Positions 1 to 11,906 of a DNA stretch of 64,000 nucleotides are shown here, piece after piece; position 1 is the stretch's first letter, and each line of letters opens with the position of its first letter. The notes under the pieces were generated by a model. That model worked only from the letters and a program-made list of their open reading frames with translations. It was not told the origin of the DNA and did not search any database. Where the stretch lies: the NCBI GenBank assembly GCA_965237955.1, contig OZ250169.1, positions 4,384,001-4,448,000 of the forward strand, given 5' to 3'. The stretch is from Candidatus Marinacidobacterales bacterium (lineage in GTDB: Bacteria; Acidobacteriota; Vicinamibacteria; Marinacidobacterales; SMYC01). The position numbers and the translations under genes are program-made.

Positions 1-550
1 GAGCCATGACCGCGAGGTGCTCGAGAACGACTGGGCTCTGGCGGTCATGCTCGGCGTTTTGTGCGTGAACGCCGGACTCTCGTATTGGGAACGTCGCTGG
101 GCGAAAAAACTGGGCTCCCAGATTCTCGCCGCGGACGCACAGCACACTTTTGCCGACGTCCTCACCACGATTGCGGTCATCGTGGGTTGGCAGTTGTCCG
201 CCCGGGGTTATGCCTGGCTCGACACCGTGTTCGCGCTCCTAGTCGCGTGCCTGGTCATGTATCTCGCCTACGGGCTTTTTCGTCGCGCGATTCCCGGACT
301 CGTCGACAGCATCTCGCACGAACCGGAAGAGATTGCCGCCGCGGTCGAACCAGTTGACGGCGTTCGGAAGGTCCACCGCGTGCGCTCGCGTTGGGTGGGA
401 TCGAAACCGGCGGTCGACGTCGTCATCACCGTCGCCCCCGACATGCCGACGAGCGAAGCTCACGACGTCGCCGACGCCGTCGAAGAGGCGCTGCTAACGA
501 CGCTATCGATCGAAGACGTCACCGTCCACATAGAACCCGACGACGACTAA
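1..550 (+). CDS. Cation diffusion facilitator (CDF) family transporter, 5' part outside window
   Basis: TM helices with ADAQHTFADV (HxxxD metal site), then ZT_dimer-like C-terminus ...AHDVADAVE...VTVHIEP. Confidence 0.9.
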   Translation, partial: SHDREVLENDWALAVMLGVLCVNAGLSYWERRWAKKLGSQILAADAQHTFADVLTTIAVIVGWQLSARGYAWLDTVFALLVACLVMYLAYGLFRRAIPGLVDSISHEPEEIAAAVEPVDGVRKVHRVRSRWVGSKPAVDVVITVAPDMPTSEAHDVADAVEEALLTTLSIEDVTVHIEPDDD

Positions 551-568
551 GCAAATCTTGAAAAGATC

Positions 569-647
569 AACGCAAAGGCGCAAAGACGCGAAGGCGCAAA
601 GTGTTGGTCAGGCTCTTGGCGTCTTTGCGCCCTTGCGTCTTTGCGTT
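569..647. repeat. Inverted array of 8-bp units (RCGCAAAG)x4 / reverse complement x4; REP-like hairpin between convergent genes
   Basis: AACGCAAAGGCGCAAAGACGCGAAGGCGCAAAG (569-601) pairs imperfectly with CTTGGCGTCTTTGCGCCCTTGCGTCTTTGCGTT (615-647); followed by a T-run. Confidence 0.8.
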
Positions 648-655
648 ATTTTTTC

Positions 656-1324
656 CTAGCGCCGTGGTATTCGTGGCGTAGTCAGCGGCTGCCGAAACCC
701 AAAAAAGATAAGCGCAAACGATTCCACCGCTCGCCCGTCATACCGAGCAGCTCGAAATCGGAACGCGCCCGCGGCATCGAGAGCCGCTTCGTCATAGCCC
801 TCCTCTCGACTCAGCATCTTCGCCTCGACCACCGCGCCGGCTGCGTCGATCGCAACTTCCACGACCGCGACCCCTTCGTAGAGCGCATTTGGTGGATACT
901 CGGGCATCGAGGTCGCGGTGGGGTAGGGAACGCCATCCGACGGTGGTCGCACTGACCTCGGTTCGGGCAATCTCGCTCCCATCAAGACCGGTGGACGAAA
1001 AACACCGATGACCAGAGCCTTCGAGGGGATGGCGGCACCGTCGATCTCGGCCGGGCGATACCTCCACAAAACCGCTGCCTTCTGGATGACTTCGGTGAAC
1101 GGAGAGGCCTCATCGAGCACGATCGCATCGGTCGCGATCCCAGACGGCGCGATGTCGAGCTCGAGGATCGTGAGCCCGCCGGTCGAGGCCAGGGGCGGCT
1201 GCTCCGGTGTCTTGCCGCTCAGAAAACGTGGAGCGTCGTACCCGAAAGAGTCGTCGCGCGCGCTATGTTGCGCGGCCGCGACAGCCGCCACCGATATCAA
1301 CAATACGACCGTAAGAGCTCTCAT
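656..1324 (-). CDS. TonB family protein with two TonB C-terminal-like domains
   Basis: N-terminal signal peptide; PEYPPNA..EGVAVVEVAIDAAGAV and AALDAAGAFRFRAARYDGRAV, plus a similar upstream repeat (WRYRPAEIDGAAIPS). Confidence 0.8.
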   Translation of the reverse strand: MRALTVVLLISVAAVAAAQHSARDDSFGYDAPRFLSGKTPEQPPLASTGGLTILELDIAPSGIATDAIVLDEASPFTEVIQKAAVLWRYRPAEIDGAAIPSKALVIGVFRPPVLMGARLPEPRSVRPPSDGVPYPTATSMPEYPPNALYEGVAVVEVAIDAAGAVVEAKMLSREEGYDEAALDAAGAFRFRAARYDGRAVESFALIFFGFRQPLTTPRIPRR

Positions 1325-1344
1325 ATCGATCCCTCACTCCATTT

Positions 1345-1353
1345 TGCTACAAT
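1345..1353 (+). promoter_or_regulatory. Extended -10 element (TGnTACAAT), probably driving a leaderless hsp20-lon transcript
   Basis: TGCTACAAT ends 6 nt before the GTG at 1360; no SD sequence. Confidence 0.5.
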
Positions 1354-1359
1354 TCCGGC

Positions 1360-1689
1360 GTGAAGTACGACTCTTTCGAGGAGATTCGTGGACTCGATTT
1401 CTCGCCGAGGGCCGATGTCTATCGCACGCCCAGCGGATGGGTCGTGAAGTTCGACCTGGCCGGGGTCAACCCTCGAGACATCGAGATCGAAGCCGAAGGC
1501 TCCGTCATCCGCGTAGCCGGCGTCAGGCGCGATCAATTCATCGAGCGTGGCTATCGCCATCATTCCATGGAGATTTCGTACTCGCGTTTCGAGCGCACGC
1601 TCCATTTGCCCTGTGTATGCGAAGGAGCGTCGATCACCACCGAGTACATGGACGGTCTACTGATCGTGACGATCGAGGCGGGGGAGTAG
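1360..1689 (+). CDS. Hsp20/alpha-crystallin small heat-shock protein
   Basis: PRADVYRT..VVKFDLAGV, MEISYSRFERTLHLP, YMDGLLIVTI; directly upstream of lon. Confidence 0.92.
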   Translation: MKYDSFEEIRGLDFSPRADVYRTPSGWVVKFDLAGVNPRDIEIEAEGSVIRVAGVRRDQFIERGYRHHSMEISYSRFERTLHLPCVCEGASITTEYMDGLLIVTIEAGE

Positions 1690-1696
1690 GTTTATC

Positions 1697-4111
<2,415 letters not shown>

Positions 4112-4136
4112 GGGTGTCACCAAATAACTAGCGCCC

Positions 4137-4233
4137 TCACTCATAGCGCAACGCGACCATCGGGTCCACACGAGCCGCCCGCCATGCGAATGGCGATCTC
4201 GTGCGTGCGCTGGCCAACCGTATACGCCAGCAA
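4137..4233 (-). pseudogene. Collapsed remnant of an ADOP/MacB-FtsX-type ABC permease
   Basis: Minus strand reads LLAYTVGQRTHEIAIRMA joined out of frame to the hallmark C-terminus ARVDPMVALRYE*. Confidence 0.8.
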
Positions 4234-4305
4234 ACTGGTTCCATTCATGGCGTTTTAGACGATCCGGGGGCACGGAACGTTGCGTCGTGATAGCGTTTTC
4301 CGCTC

Positions 4306-6222
4306 ATGCGGGAGAACCTGAACCCCACCCAACGCGAGGCGGCCGAGATTCTGGAAGGGCCTGTCCTGGTCATCGCCGGCGCGGGGACGGGGAAGACCCA
4401 CACGCTCGTCCATCGCCTGGTGAAGCTCGTCGAATCTGGCGTAGCGTCGGAGGCGATCCTCCTTCTCACCTTCACGCGCCGCGCCGCCGAGCAGATGATT
4501 GCCCGAGCTTCCGAGATCGTCGGGGGCGAGCATGAGCCGGCCGCCGGTGGCACCTTTCATTCCTTCGCAAATCTTGTTCTCAGACGTTACGGCCGCGATA
4601 TCGACGTCCCTCCCGATTTCACCATCCTGGATCAGGGAGATACCTTCGAGGTGTTGAGCGGCATACGGACCGATCTGAAGGCGACCGATGCCTCAGTGCA
4701 GCTGCCGCGCCGCGAGACGATTGCGTCCATCATTAGTAAGGCGACGAACAAGCAGGCCCCGATCGAGGACATCGTTTCGGAGGAGTACCCTCAGTTTTTC
4801 GGGGTCACCGAATATCTCGATGTGGCCGCCTCTCGCTACGAAAAATACAAGAAGGAGCGGAACCTCGTCGATTTCGACAACCTGCTGGTGCTTCTCATCC
4901 GTCTTCTCGAAGAGAGCGACGAGGCGCGCGCGAAGGTCCATCACCGCTACCGCTACCTGATGGTCGACGAGTATCAGGACACGAACGTGCTCCAAGCGCG
5001 CATTACCCATCTGCTCGCGGGAGAATCGCAGAACGTGATGGTTGTCGGCGACGATGCCCAAAGCATCTACGCGTTCCGGGGTGCGAACCACCGCAACCTC
5101 TTCGATTTCAAAGACAGCTTCCCCGATGCGAAGGTCGTGACCCTCGAAGAGAACTACCGCAGCACGCAGCCCATTCTCGACGTAGCGAACGCGCTCATGG
5201 TCCAAATGTCCGAGGCGTTTCGAAAACGCCTGTTCACCGAACGACAGGGCGGAGCGCGTCCGCTTCTCGTCGAGGCGTTCGACGAGCGCGAGCAAGCGGC
5301 ATTCGTGGCTACTGAAGTAGAGCGATTGAGAGACGAGGGCGTGCGTCTTGCCGAGATCGCCGTCTTGTTCCGTGCGAGCCGGCACGCGTTCGCGCTCGAG
5401 GTCGAGCTCGCCAATCACGGCATTCCTTTTGTGAAATACGGCGGCTTCCGCTTCATGGAATCGGGACATATCAAGGACGTCCTTGCCCACTTGAGACTCG
5501 TCGAGAAACCAGAGGACGATTTGTCACTCTCACGTGTTCTTCTGATGAGAGGCGGGATTGGCAAGAAGGGCGCCCGCCAAATTCAGGAGTCGCTTCTAGG
5601 CACTCCTCCCGTTCAGGGCTTGAGAAACTACAAGGCAAGAGGGAAAGTCCGTGCGAGTCTGGATGAGCTCGCGGAGTTCCTCGCGACGATTCAAGAGCTG
5701 AAGTCCGAGCCCGCGAGATGTCTCGAGGCGGCCGTCGAAGCCTACGATCCGCTTCTAGTAGACCGCTATGACGATTGGCCACGACGCAAACGAGACCTCG
5801 AAACCTTGGTCGGTCTCGTCGAGCGCTACCGAAGCCTGAGCTCGATGCTGTCCGACCTGACCCTCGATCCCCCGAACATGTCCCGCGAGGACGGCCTCGC
5901 GACATCCGCATCGAGCGGTGAGCTCGTTCTCTCGACGATGCACTCCGCGAAAGGACTGGAGTGGAAAGCAGTCTTCGTGATCCAGGCGCGGGATGGGTAC
6001 ATCCCGATGGTCGTGAACTTCGAGGACGACGAAGACGAGGAAGCACTCGACGAAGAGCTGAGGCTTCTCTACGTCGCCGTGACCCGCGCCAAAGATTCTC
6101 TCTACGTGGTATGGCCCCGAGAAACCGCAAGATCCCGCTACGCCTGGCCCATGCCCTCCCGCTTCATCGACCGAGCCCCCCAAGAGTACTTCGACCACCA
6201 AACTGCCGAAGATCTAGCATGA
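4306..6222 (+). CDS. UvrD/PcrA/Rep family ATP-dependent DNA helicase
   Basis: LNPTQ, AGAGTGKT, TFTRRAA, VDEYQDTN, VGDDAQSIYAFRGA, ENYRS, TMHSAKGLEW, EELRLLYVAVTRA. Confidence 0.97.
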   Translation: MRENLNPTQREAAEILEGPVLVIAGAGTGKTHTLVHRLVKLVESGVASEAILLLTFTRRAAEQMIARASEIVGGEHEPAAGGTFHSFANLVLRRYGRDIDVPPDFTILDQGDTFEVLSGIRTDLKATDASVQLPRRETIASIISKATNKQAPIEDIVSEEYPQFFGVTEYLDVAASRYEKYKKERNLVDFDNLLVLLIRLLEESDEARAKVHHRYRYLMVDEYQDTNVLQARITHLLAGESQNVMVVGDDAQSIYAFRGANHRNLFDFKDSFPDAKVVTLEENYRSTQPILDVANALMVQMSEAFRKRLFTERQGGARPLLVEAFDEREQAAFVATEVERLRDEGVRLAEIAVLFRASRHAFALEVELANHGIPFVKYGGFRFMESGHIKDVLAHLRLVEKPEDDLSLSRVLLMRGGIGKKGARQIQESLLGTPPVQGLRNYKARGKVRASLDELAEFLATIQELKSEPARCLEAAVEAYDPLLVDRYDDWPRRKRDLETLVGLVERYRSLSSMLSDLTLDPPNMSREDGLATSASSGELVLSTMHSAKGLEWKAVFVIQARDGYIPMVVNFEDDEDEEALDEELRLLYVAVTRAKDSLYVVWPRETARSRYAWPMPSRFIDRAPQEYFDHQTAEDLA

Positions 6223-6303
6223 ACCTCTCCCCCCGACCCGATAGGGGGGTGTGACCAGACAGCTTGACGCAGCAAACGCGTCTCCGTCCCCTTAACGACG
6301 GCA

Positions 6304-7095
6304 TCAACCCCCCTGACGAGCAACCCGAAACATCTTCAAATTCCACCCCAATTCAAGATCGCACCGAAGACGAGCCAGCTGCTGAGACGTACGCGCCTGC
6401 TTCATTCCATCGCGCAGCCGTTCCCCGAGCTTTCCACTCACTGTCTCGGAAGCCGCGAGGACCCCCTCGAGACTCCCATGCTCCTCCAGTAACTTCGCCG
6501 CCGTCTTCGCACCGACTCCCGGCACACCGGGAATGTGCGTCGACGCATTGCCAGCGAGCGCCCAAAAATCCACGAGCAGCTCCGGTCCAACCCCGAACTT
6601 CTGGGTGACATGGCCGCGATCGAGATCCTGTTTCAGAAAGTGATCCCGGATGGTGATGCGCTCGGAGATCAGCTGACAATACACCTTGTCCGTGGCAAGG
6701 ATCACAGCCTGGCCGTTGTGCTCGGCGACCTTCGTCGCAAGCGTCGCCGCGATATCGTCCGCCTCGAGTTCGGGCTTGCTCACCGAAGAGACGCCGAGCT
6801 CTTCGAAAGCGACTCGATACTGATCGAGGCCGTCTCGCAGCGGCTCCGGCATCGGCTTCCGCCCGGCCTTGTAGTCCTCGTACAGCTCGTGACGCCACGT
6901 GGGCTCGGTTCCGTCGAACGCAGCAACCGCATGCGTCGGCCCGGCGTCTCGAAGCGCCCGGCGAAGCGATTGCACCGTCGCTTGCAGTGCTCCCTCGAAA
7001 TGCTGAGGTCCTTCATCCTCGGGCGTCGCGGCGTACACGCGGCGAATTAGGTTCAGCGCGTCGACAACGAGAAAGCGAATGCCCACGCCCCCCAT
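6304..7095 (-). CDS. xni: Flap endonuclease Xni / 5'-3' exonuclease (start may be GTG at 7086)
   Basis: VVDALNLIRR, YKAGR, EADD, ATDK, helix-hairpin-helix IPGVPGVGAKTA. Confidence 0.9.
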   Translation of the reverse strand: MGGVGIRFLVVDALNLIRRVYAATPEDEGPQHFEGALQATVQSLRRALRDAGPTHAVAAFDGTEPTWRHELYEDYKAGRKPMPEPLRDGLDQYRVAFEELGVSSVSKPELEADDIAATLATKVAEHNGQAVILATDKVYCQLISERITIRDHFLKQDLDRGHVTQKFGVGPELLVDFWALAGNASTHIPGVPGVGAKTAAKLLEEHGSLEGVLAASETVSGKLGERLRDGMKQARTSQQLARLRCDLELGWNLKMFRVARQGG

Positions 7096-7440
7096 TCTAG
7101 AGCCTCGGCGCGCGGCGTGCAGACGAGTGCTTCGGTTGCCACTTCTACGTCGACGGTGGCTCGAGACCGGCGAGGTAGCGTCTTACTGAGCCAAGGAGTG
7201 GGACGCCGTGCTCTCACGCTCCGTCGAAGAAATCTGTGCCTGGTTGGTGGACGAAGGCGAGCACGCACGGGCGATGCGCCAAGTAACGCCGTTCGCGGGC
7301 GCGATCGATCCGCGTACCCGGTGGCGTATTTCGCGAGAGATTCGCGCAGCACTGGAGAAAGCCGGGTGAAGCGAGTCGACCTCGAGCACGCCTTCTAGTT
7401 CGCCTGGCGGAAAAGCAATGTCTATCTTGACTCAAGCCCG

Positions 7441-8844
7441 TCAGTGTGGCGCGCCCGCCTGGGAAACGATCTCGTAGGTGCGGCGCTGCGGCGGTGGATA
7501 AACGTAGGAAGAAACCAGACTCTCTTGACCGTCCCGGTCCACCGCCATGACACCGAACGTCCAGTCGTCGATGGAAACGTCGGGTAACACGAGCTCGGTA
7601 TTGTTCCCCACCGACCAGGACCTCTCCCAAAAAGGCGACGTGGTCTTCCGCATGACCACGATGTAGCCCGCGATGTCGGGCTCCGGGTTCGGTTCCCAGC
7701 GTACGTGAGCATCGTAACGGCTCTCGCCGCGGCCGAGCAGGGGCCGACCGTCGTCGCTGGTGACGCGCGGCGGCGAAGGGGCGTTGGCAAGAGAGGCCAG
7801 AGCCACCGCATTGACTCGCGCCACGGTGGCGATGTAGTCGAAGTCGACGTACTCGAGCTTGTCCTCGACCGTGTGCTGGCGGGCGTAGAACTCGTGGCTC
7901 TCGGTGATCCGTACACCGTAGTAGCCCTCCTGCACGAAGGGCGTGTGATCGCCGCCTCGGCCGAAACGGTCGTAGCGGAAGATCGTGTCGACTTCGATGG
8001 ACGGAAGGTACGCGACCGCGCGCCGCCGGATGTAGCGAGCCAGGCTGCGGGAACCCGAATCGGCAGGTCCCGCCGAGAAGATCCTCACTCGCGCGTTGTC
8101 CACCTGCCCGTCGCCGCCTTCCGGGGAGCCCACGATATCGTTGGTGATCATCGCCTCGATGGAAGCTCCCTCACCCGCCATTCGCTGCGCCATCAACGTC
8201 GAGCCCACCAGACCTAGCTCCTCGCCGGCGAACGCCACGAACATGACGGTCGCCTCGGTTGGATAATCGGCCATCACGCGAGCGAGCTCCATCACGACCG
8301 CGGTTCCCGAGCCATCGTCGTCCGCTCCCGGCGCCGGCGAATCTCCTCGCGGCCACTCGCTTCCCTCGAGAGCACGAGCGGAGCTGTCGTAGTGTCCCCC
8401 GACGATGAGTATCCTCTCCCGGCCACCGGGATGGCTGCCGGGAAGAACCGCCACGACGTTTCGCAGACCGACGTCCCGGAACACGCCGCGTCCGTCCCCC
8501 TTGACCTGGTAGCGGTCAAAATCCACTTGCAGTCTGCCGCTGTAGCTCCGGAACGTCTCGAGAATGTAGTTGCGGGCCGCACCGATGCCGCGGTTCGGGT
8601 CCTCGGTCGAGGACATCGTGTGGCGCGTCTCGAACGAGACCAGGCGGGTGAGAGTCGAGCGGAGCGAGTCCGGAGAAACCGCGTCGACGATCCTCTGGAC
8701 CTCTGCCTGTACCGCGGGCGGACCCGCCGATTGCATCGTAGCCGTCACCGGCCTGGGGGATGAGCCGAAGCTGCCGGCGACCCCGACCAACAGAACAACG
8801 ACGGGAAGCAAGAAGCGGATGACGCTTGCTCTCCTAAGAACCAT
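7441..8844 (-). CDS. M28 family metallopeptidase with C-terminal FN3-like domain
   Basis: Signal peptide; GGHYDS, GADDDGSG, AGEELGL, GGDHTPF, QHT motifs. Confidence 0.93.
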   Translation of the reverse strand: MVLRRASVIRFLLPVVVLLVGVAGSFGSSPRPVTATMQSAGPPAVQAEVQRIVDAVSPDSLRSTLTRLVSFETRHTMSSTEDPNRGIGAARNYILETFRSYSGRLQVDFDRYQVKGDGRGVFRDVGLRNVVAVLPGSHPGGRERILIVGGHYDSSARALEGSEWPRGDSPAPGADDDGSGTAVVMELARVMADYPTEATVMFVAFAGEELGLVGSTLMAQRMAGEGASIEAMITNDIVGSPEGGDGQVDNARVRIFSAGPADSGSRSLARYIRRRAVAYLPSIEVDTIFRYDRFGRGGDHTPFVQEGYYGVRITESHEFYARQHTVEDKLEYVDFDYIATVARVNAVALASLANAPSPPRVTSDDGRPLLGRGESRYDAHVRWEPNPEPDIAGYIVVMRKTTSPFWERSWSVGNNTELVLPDVSIDDWTFGVMAVDRDGQESLVSSYVYPPPQRRTYEIVSQAGAPH

Positions 8845-9099
8845 GTTCTCCTCCTTTCTTCCGTTTCATCGTAGATGCGCCCTGTCTCTCATCATTATTA
8901 ATCCGGACGGGTCCTATCTCGAGTCCGGCTCCTGGCGCCGCATCGCGGCCTCCGTCGCCACCGCGCTCAGCCAACTCAATGCGACGTTTGCTCGTCGTTT
9001 CGAGAACGAACGAGATTCGCTCTCGACACGGCTCCCGCGCTCGCGCCGGCTGATAACTCTGAGCGCTACTGATATCACAAAGTCATGGCACGGACTGGA

Positions 9100-10186
9100 T
9101 GCCTTGGTGCACAACTCCGATAGAGGCCGAGAGCTCGCTTGGCCCCGACTCCCATCATCCGATCATCTCGCTATCAGGCATCCCGAGCGCCGTCATCGTG
9201 TTGAGAATCTTGCACCCGATCCTTGCCTCGACTCTCTGTGCCGCCAACCCTCTCGCTCGCATCGCTGAGCCCACGATAGCCTTGTAGCGATGGAACGTTG
9301 TCTCGACTTTGCTCCGTTTGCTGTAGCCCGATTCTGTGTGCCACTTTCGTTTGCCGAGCCGAGCTTGTGCTGCAATGTTGCGATTGCGCTGTCGGCTGCT
9401 CGCCGGCCCCGATGCGAGCTGGGCGCCCTTGCGCGGCGGTATCAGCACCCTCGGCGAGCAATGAGCGCTGTGATTCTCGATTGCCTCATAGACGCCGCCG
9501 GCGTCGTATGCGGTGTCAGCTCTGGCCGATGAGATGGGACTGTCGATCTGTCCGACAAGCGATGCAACCCGCGATGAATCGCGGGCTCTTTTGCTCGTCA
9601 GCTCGCCGGCGACGACTTCGCCACTCTGCTCGTCGACACACAGATGGAGCTTGCGATAGTCCCTGCTCTTTGGTGCTCTGCGCAGCTGGCCGGCGTGGAC
9701 AGCGAGACCGCTGCTGTCGATCAAGATGTGCAACGGCGTCTTCTGCTTGTCTTGGTAGAAGGGGACCTTACCCAGCTTCGCCTTGCGCCTCGAGATCGTG
9801 GTGTGATCGGGCACATCATTGTCTAGCTTCATCAGAGCGAACAACGATCGCAGCAATCCCTCGCTCTGCCTAGATGACAGATGAAACACCATGCCCAGGG
9901 TGACAGCCGTCTCGATGGCGTGGTTCGAGTACTTGCGTTGACGGCCCGGTTTCCTCCTCCTCGGCCGGGGCGCGTCCCAGTTCACAAGCTTGCCGGCGGT
10001 GAGCGAGATCCAGACGGTCAGGCTCCCACGGTTGCGTAGACCCGCCTCATATTCACGCCAATTCCTCACGCGATAGGCCTTCTTCACATACTTCCGCTGA
10101 GTGCGTTTGAAAATGCTCATGGGGAACCTCGAATCCGTGAGTAAAGGACAATTGTGGACCGAGATCGCGAGTTGTGCACCAAGGCA
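9100..10186 (-). mobile_element. IS5 family (IS903 group) insertion sequence, copy 1
   Basis: Perfect 18-bp terminal IR TGCCTTGGTGCACAACTC / GAGTTGTGCACCAAGGCA; nearly identical to 17350-18436. Confidence 0.95.
9155..10120 (-). CDS. IS5 family transposase
   Basis: YRVRNWREYEAGLRNRGSLTVW, VPDHTTISRR, DDE triad IDSSG / ADTAYD / SKRSKVET. Confidence 0.95.
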   Translation of the reverse strand: MSIFKRTQRKYVKKAYRVRNWREYEAGLRNRGSLTVWISLTAGKLVNWDAPRPRRRKPGRQRKYSNHAIETAVTLGMVFHLSSRQSEGLLRSLFALMKLDNDVPDHTTISRRKAKLGKVPFYQDKQKTPLHILIDSSGLAVHAGQLRRAPKSRDYRKLHLCVDEQSGEVVAGELTSKRARDSSRVASLVGQIDSPISSARADTAYDAGGVYEAIENHSAHCSPRVLIPPRKGAQLASGPASSRQRNRNIAAQARLGKRKWHTESGYSKRSKVETTFHRYKAIVGSAMRARGLAAQRVEARIGCKILNTMTALGMPDSEMIG

Positions 10187-10643
10187 GCACGATGGCACCT
10201 TCGGGGACGGGACCGTTCCGCTCCTCCCACGCGGTCACCGTGTCCAGACGGAGTTGCGCATCGGTATCCTTTTCTGCGTCTTGTGACATGTCGATGACGA
10301 TCCCGGGAGCGATGAGCTGGCGCACGGGAATCTCTGCGGTCGTGCGGCCGCCTTCGGCGAAGTGAATCGGCGCATCGAGATGTGTGCCGCCGTGCTTGGG
10401 CGTACAAAAGGAATACGCCGAGTAAAAGTAGCCGGCCTCGTTGACGCCGTAGGCGAGCTCCTCGAGCTGGAAGCTCGTCGGCGACGTCGGCCAGTAGAGC
10501 GTCTCGTCGTCGTAGGTGTAGGAGAGATCGATGAGCCGTGCGCTGGCGAGATCGAGGCCAGGCGGCGATTCGGGCGCGCCGGCGCACGCGGTGACGGCCA
10601 AGAGTAACCAAACGGAGTTCTTCATGACGCACTTTTCTCGCAA
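10187..10643 (-). pseudogene. Cyclase (kynurenine formamidase-like) family lipoprotein, 3' truncated by IS5
   Basis: Lipobox-like VTAC; HGGTHLDAPIHF motif; ORF runs into the IS IR after EGAIVL and its C-half is absent on the far side. Confidence 0.88.
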
Positions 10644-10699
10644 CTGCGACGCGGAGTCAAGGCTGTCCCTACGCTAGAATCGCGCTGAGGAGGATCCTC

Positions 10700-10894
10700 A
10701 TGCGCAGCTTTCTATGCATCCTGACTGTTGGCTTTCTTACCTTCTCGACCCTCGGCATTGTCCGTGCGCAGCCGTACGAGAACCTGCAAGTGCTCCCCTG
10801 GGACATTTCTCAGGACTCCCACGTCGGCAGAACGAGGGTTGCCTCCACTGTCATGTCGGCGAGGCGTCTCGGGACGCTCCGGAGCCGACTGTAG
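10700..10894 (+). pseudogene. Remnant of a secreted c-type cytochrome
   Basis: SD GAGGAGG, signal peptide, YENLQVLPWDIS, and CLHCH heme motif in a shifted frame. Confidence 0.6.
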
Positions 10895-10928
10895 AGCTTT
10901 GGCCCCTCTCCCCGATAAGATAGGGGCT

Positions 10929-11173
10929 ATGAAGCTTCCATTAATACTGGCGTTCTCGCTGTTCGCCTCCCGCCGCGGCCTCCCAAGAGCCCATCCGGGT
11001 TTTCATCTCCGTCGACATGGAAGGCATCTCCGCCATCGAAGGCGCGCGGGAGGCGGGTGCGACCGAATTTCTCGTGAACGACTCGCACGGCAGCAGCGGT
11101 GACTTTCGAGGTAGATGACTACGTGCTCGCCTACCAGATGATCCGCGTGCTCTATCGCAACTTGAACGAGTAG
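10929..11173 (+). pseudogene. Collapsed M55 (DppA D-aminopeptidase) family gene
   Basis: Reads IRVFISVDMEGIS joined directly to AIEGAREAGATEFLVNDSHG, then a C-terminal tail VTFEVDDYVLAYQMIRVLY; only 245 bp remain. Confidence 0.8.
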
Positions 11174-11184
11174 GTCCTAGAGAC

Positions 11185-11838
11185 ATGCGCCCCTTCACGC
11201 TGGCCGGCTTCCCCATCCAAATCCACTGGTCGTTCTTCCTCGTGGCGGCGCTTCTCGGGCGCAGCCGCGATCTGTACGTCCTGCTCGTCTGGATGGGCGT
11301 CGTGTTCGTGTCGGTGCTGCTTCACGAAATGGGCCACGCTCTCGTCGGACGCCGCTTCGGCATGCACCCCGAGATCTTCCTGTACGCGATGGGTGGGCTG
11401 ACGTCGTGGCGAACCGGGCGGCGTCTCACGCGCGGGCAGAGTATTCTCGTCAGCGTCGCGGGCCCGGGCGCGGGGCTTCTGCTGGGCGCGGTCGTTTGGG
11501 GCATCATGTTGATCGACATGCCCGAGCTCAACCCGCTCGGCCAGTTTGCGCTTGGACGTCTCCTCGTAGTCAATATCTTTTGGAGCCTCGTCAACCTGCT
11601 GCCGATTCTCCCTCTGGACGGCGGGAACGTGATGCGATCGCTCGTCCACATCTCCCGAGGCGGTGTCGACGAGCGGCTTCCCCGTCAAATCTCGATCGCA
11701 TTCGCCGCGGCCGGTGCCGTAACCGCGCTCTTGTACGGCTACCCGCTAGCGGCGCTTTTCGCGGCGTACTTTGCGTTCACGAATTACCAGGCATTGCGCG
11801 GAATGCCCATGCCGGGGTTTCCCGGCGTGAGACGCTAG
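11185..11838 (+). CDS. Site-2 protease (M50) family membrane metalloprotease
   Basis: LHEMGH, AGP, NLLPILPLDGG. Confidence 0.95.
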   Translation: MRPFTLAGFPIQIHWSFFLVAALLGRSRDLYVLLVWMGVVFVSVLLHEMGHALVGRRFGMHPEIFLYAMGGLTSWRTGRRLTRGQSILVSVAGPGAGLLLGAVVWGIMLIDMPELNPLGQFALGRLLVVNIFWSLVNLLPILPLDGGNVMRSLVHISRGGVDERLPRQISIAFAAAGAVTALLYGYPLAALFAAYFAFTNYQALRGMPMPGFPGVRR

Positions 11839-11906
11839 CTTTCTCCCTTTCCGTTCTCCGCCGCGTATGCGACACTGAATTATTCCCTGATAACCTGGAG
11901 GCAAGC

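Noticed and set aside
4306-7095. Helicase plus nuclease as an anti-phage system
   Set aside because: Both look like ordinary housekeeping repair enzymes, are convergent and have no defence-type partners.
7100-7440. Possible gene relic between xni and the M28 peptidase
   Set aside because: No frame gave a motif I could recognise.
10121-10198. Longer 347-aa version of the IS5 transposase
   Set aside because: The extension crosses the IR into flanking DNA; copy 2 defines the start at MSIFKR.
11406-11906. N-terminal extension of the GGDEF ORF
   Set aside because: Overlaps the site-2 protease; a good SD and GTG exist at 11907.
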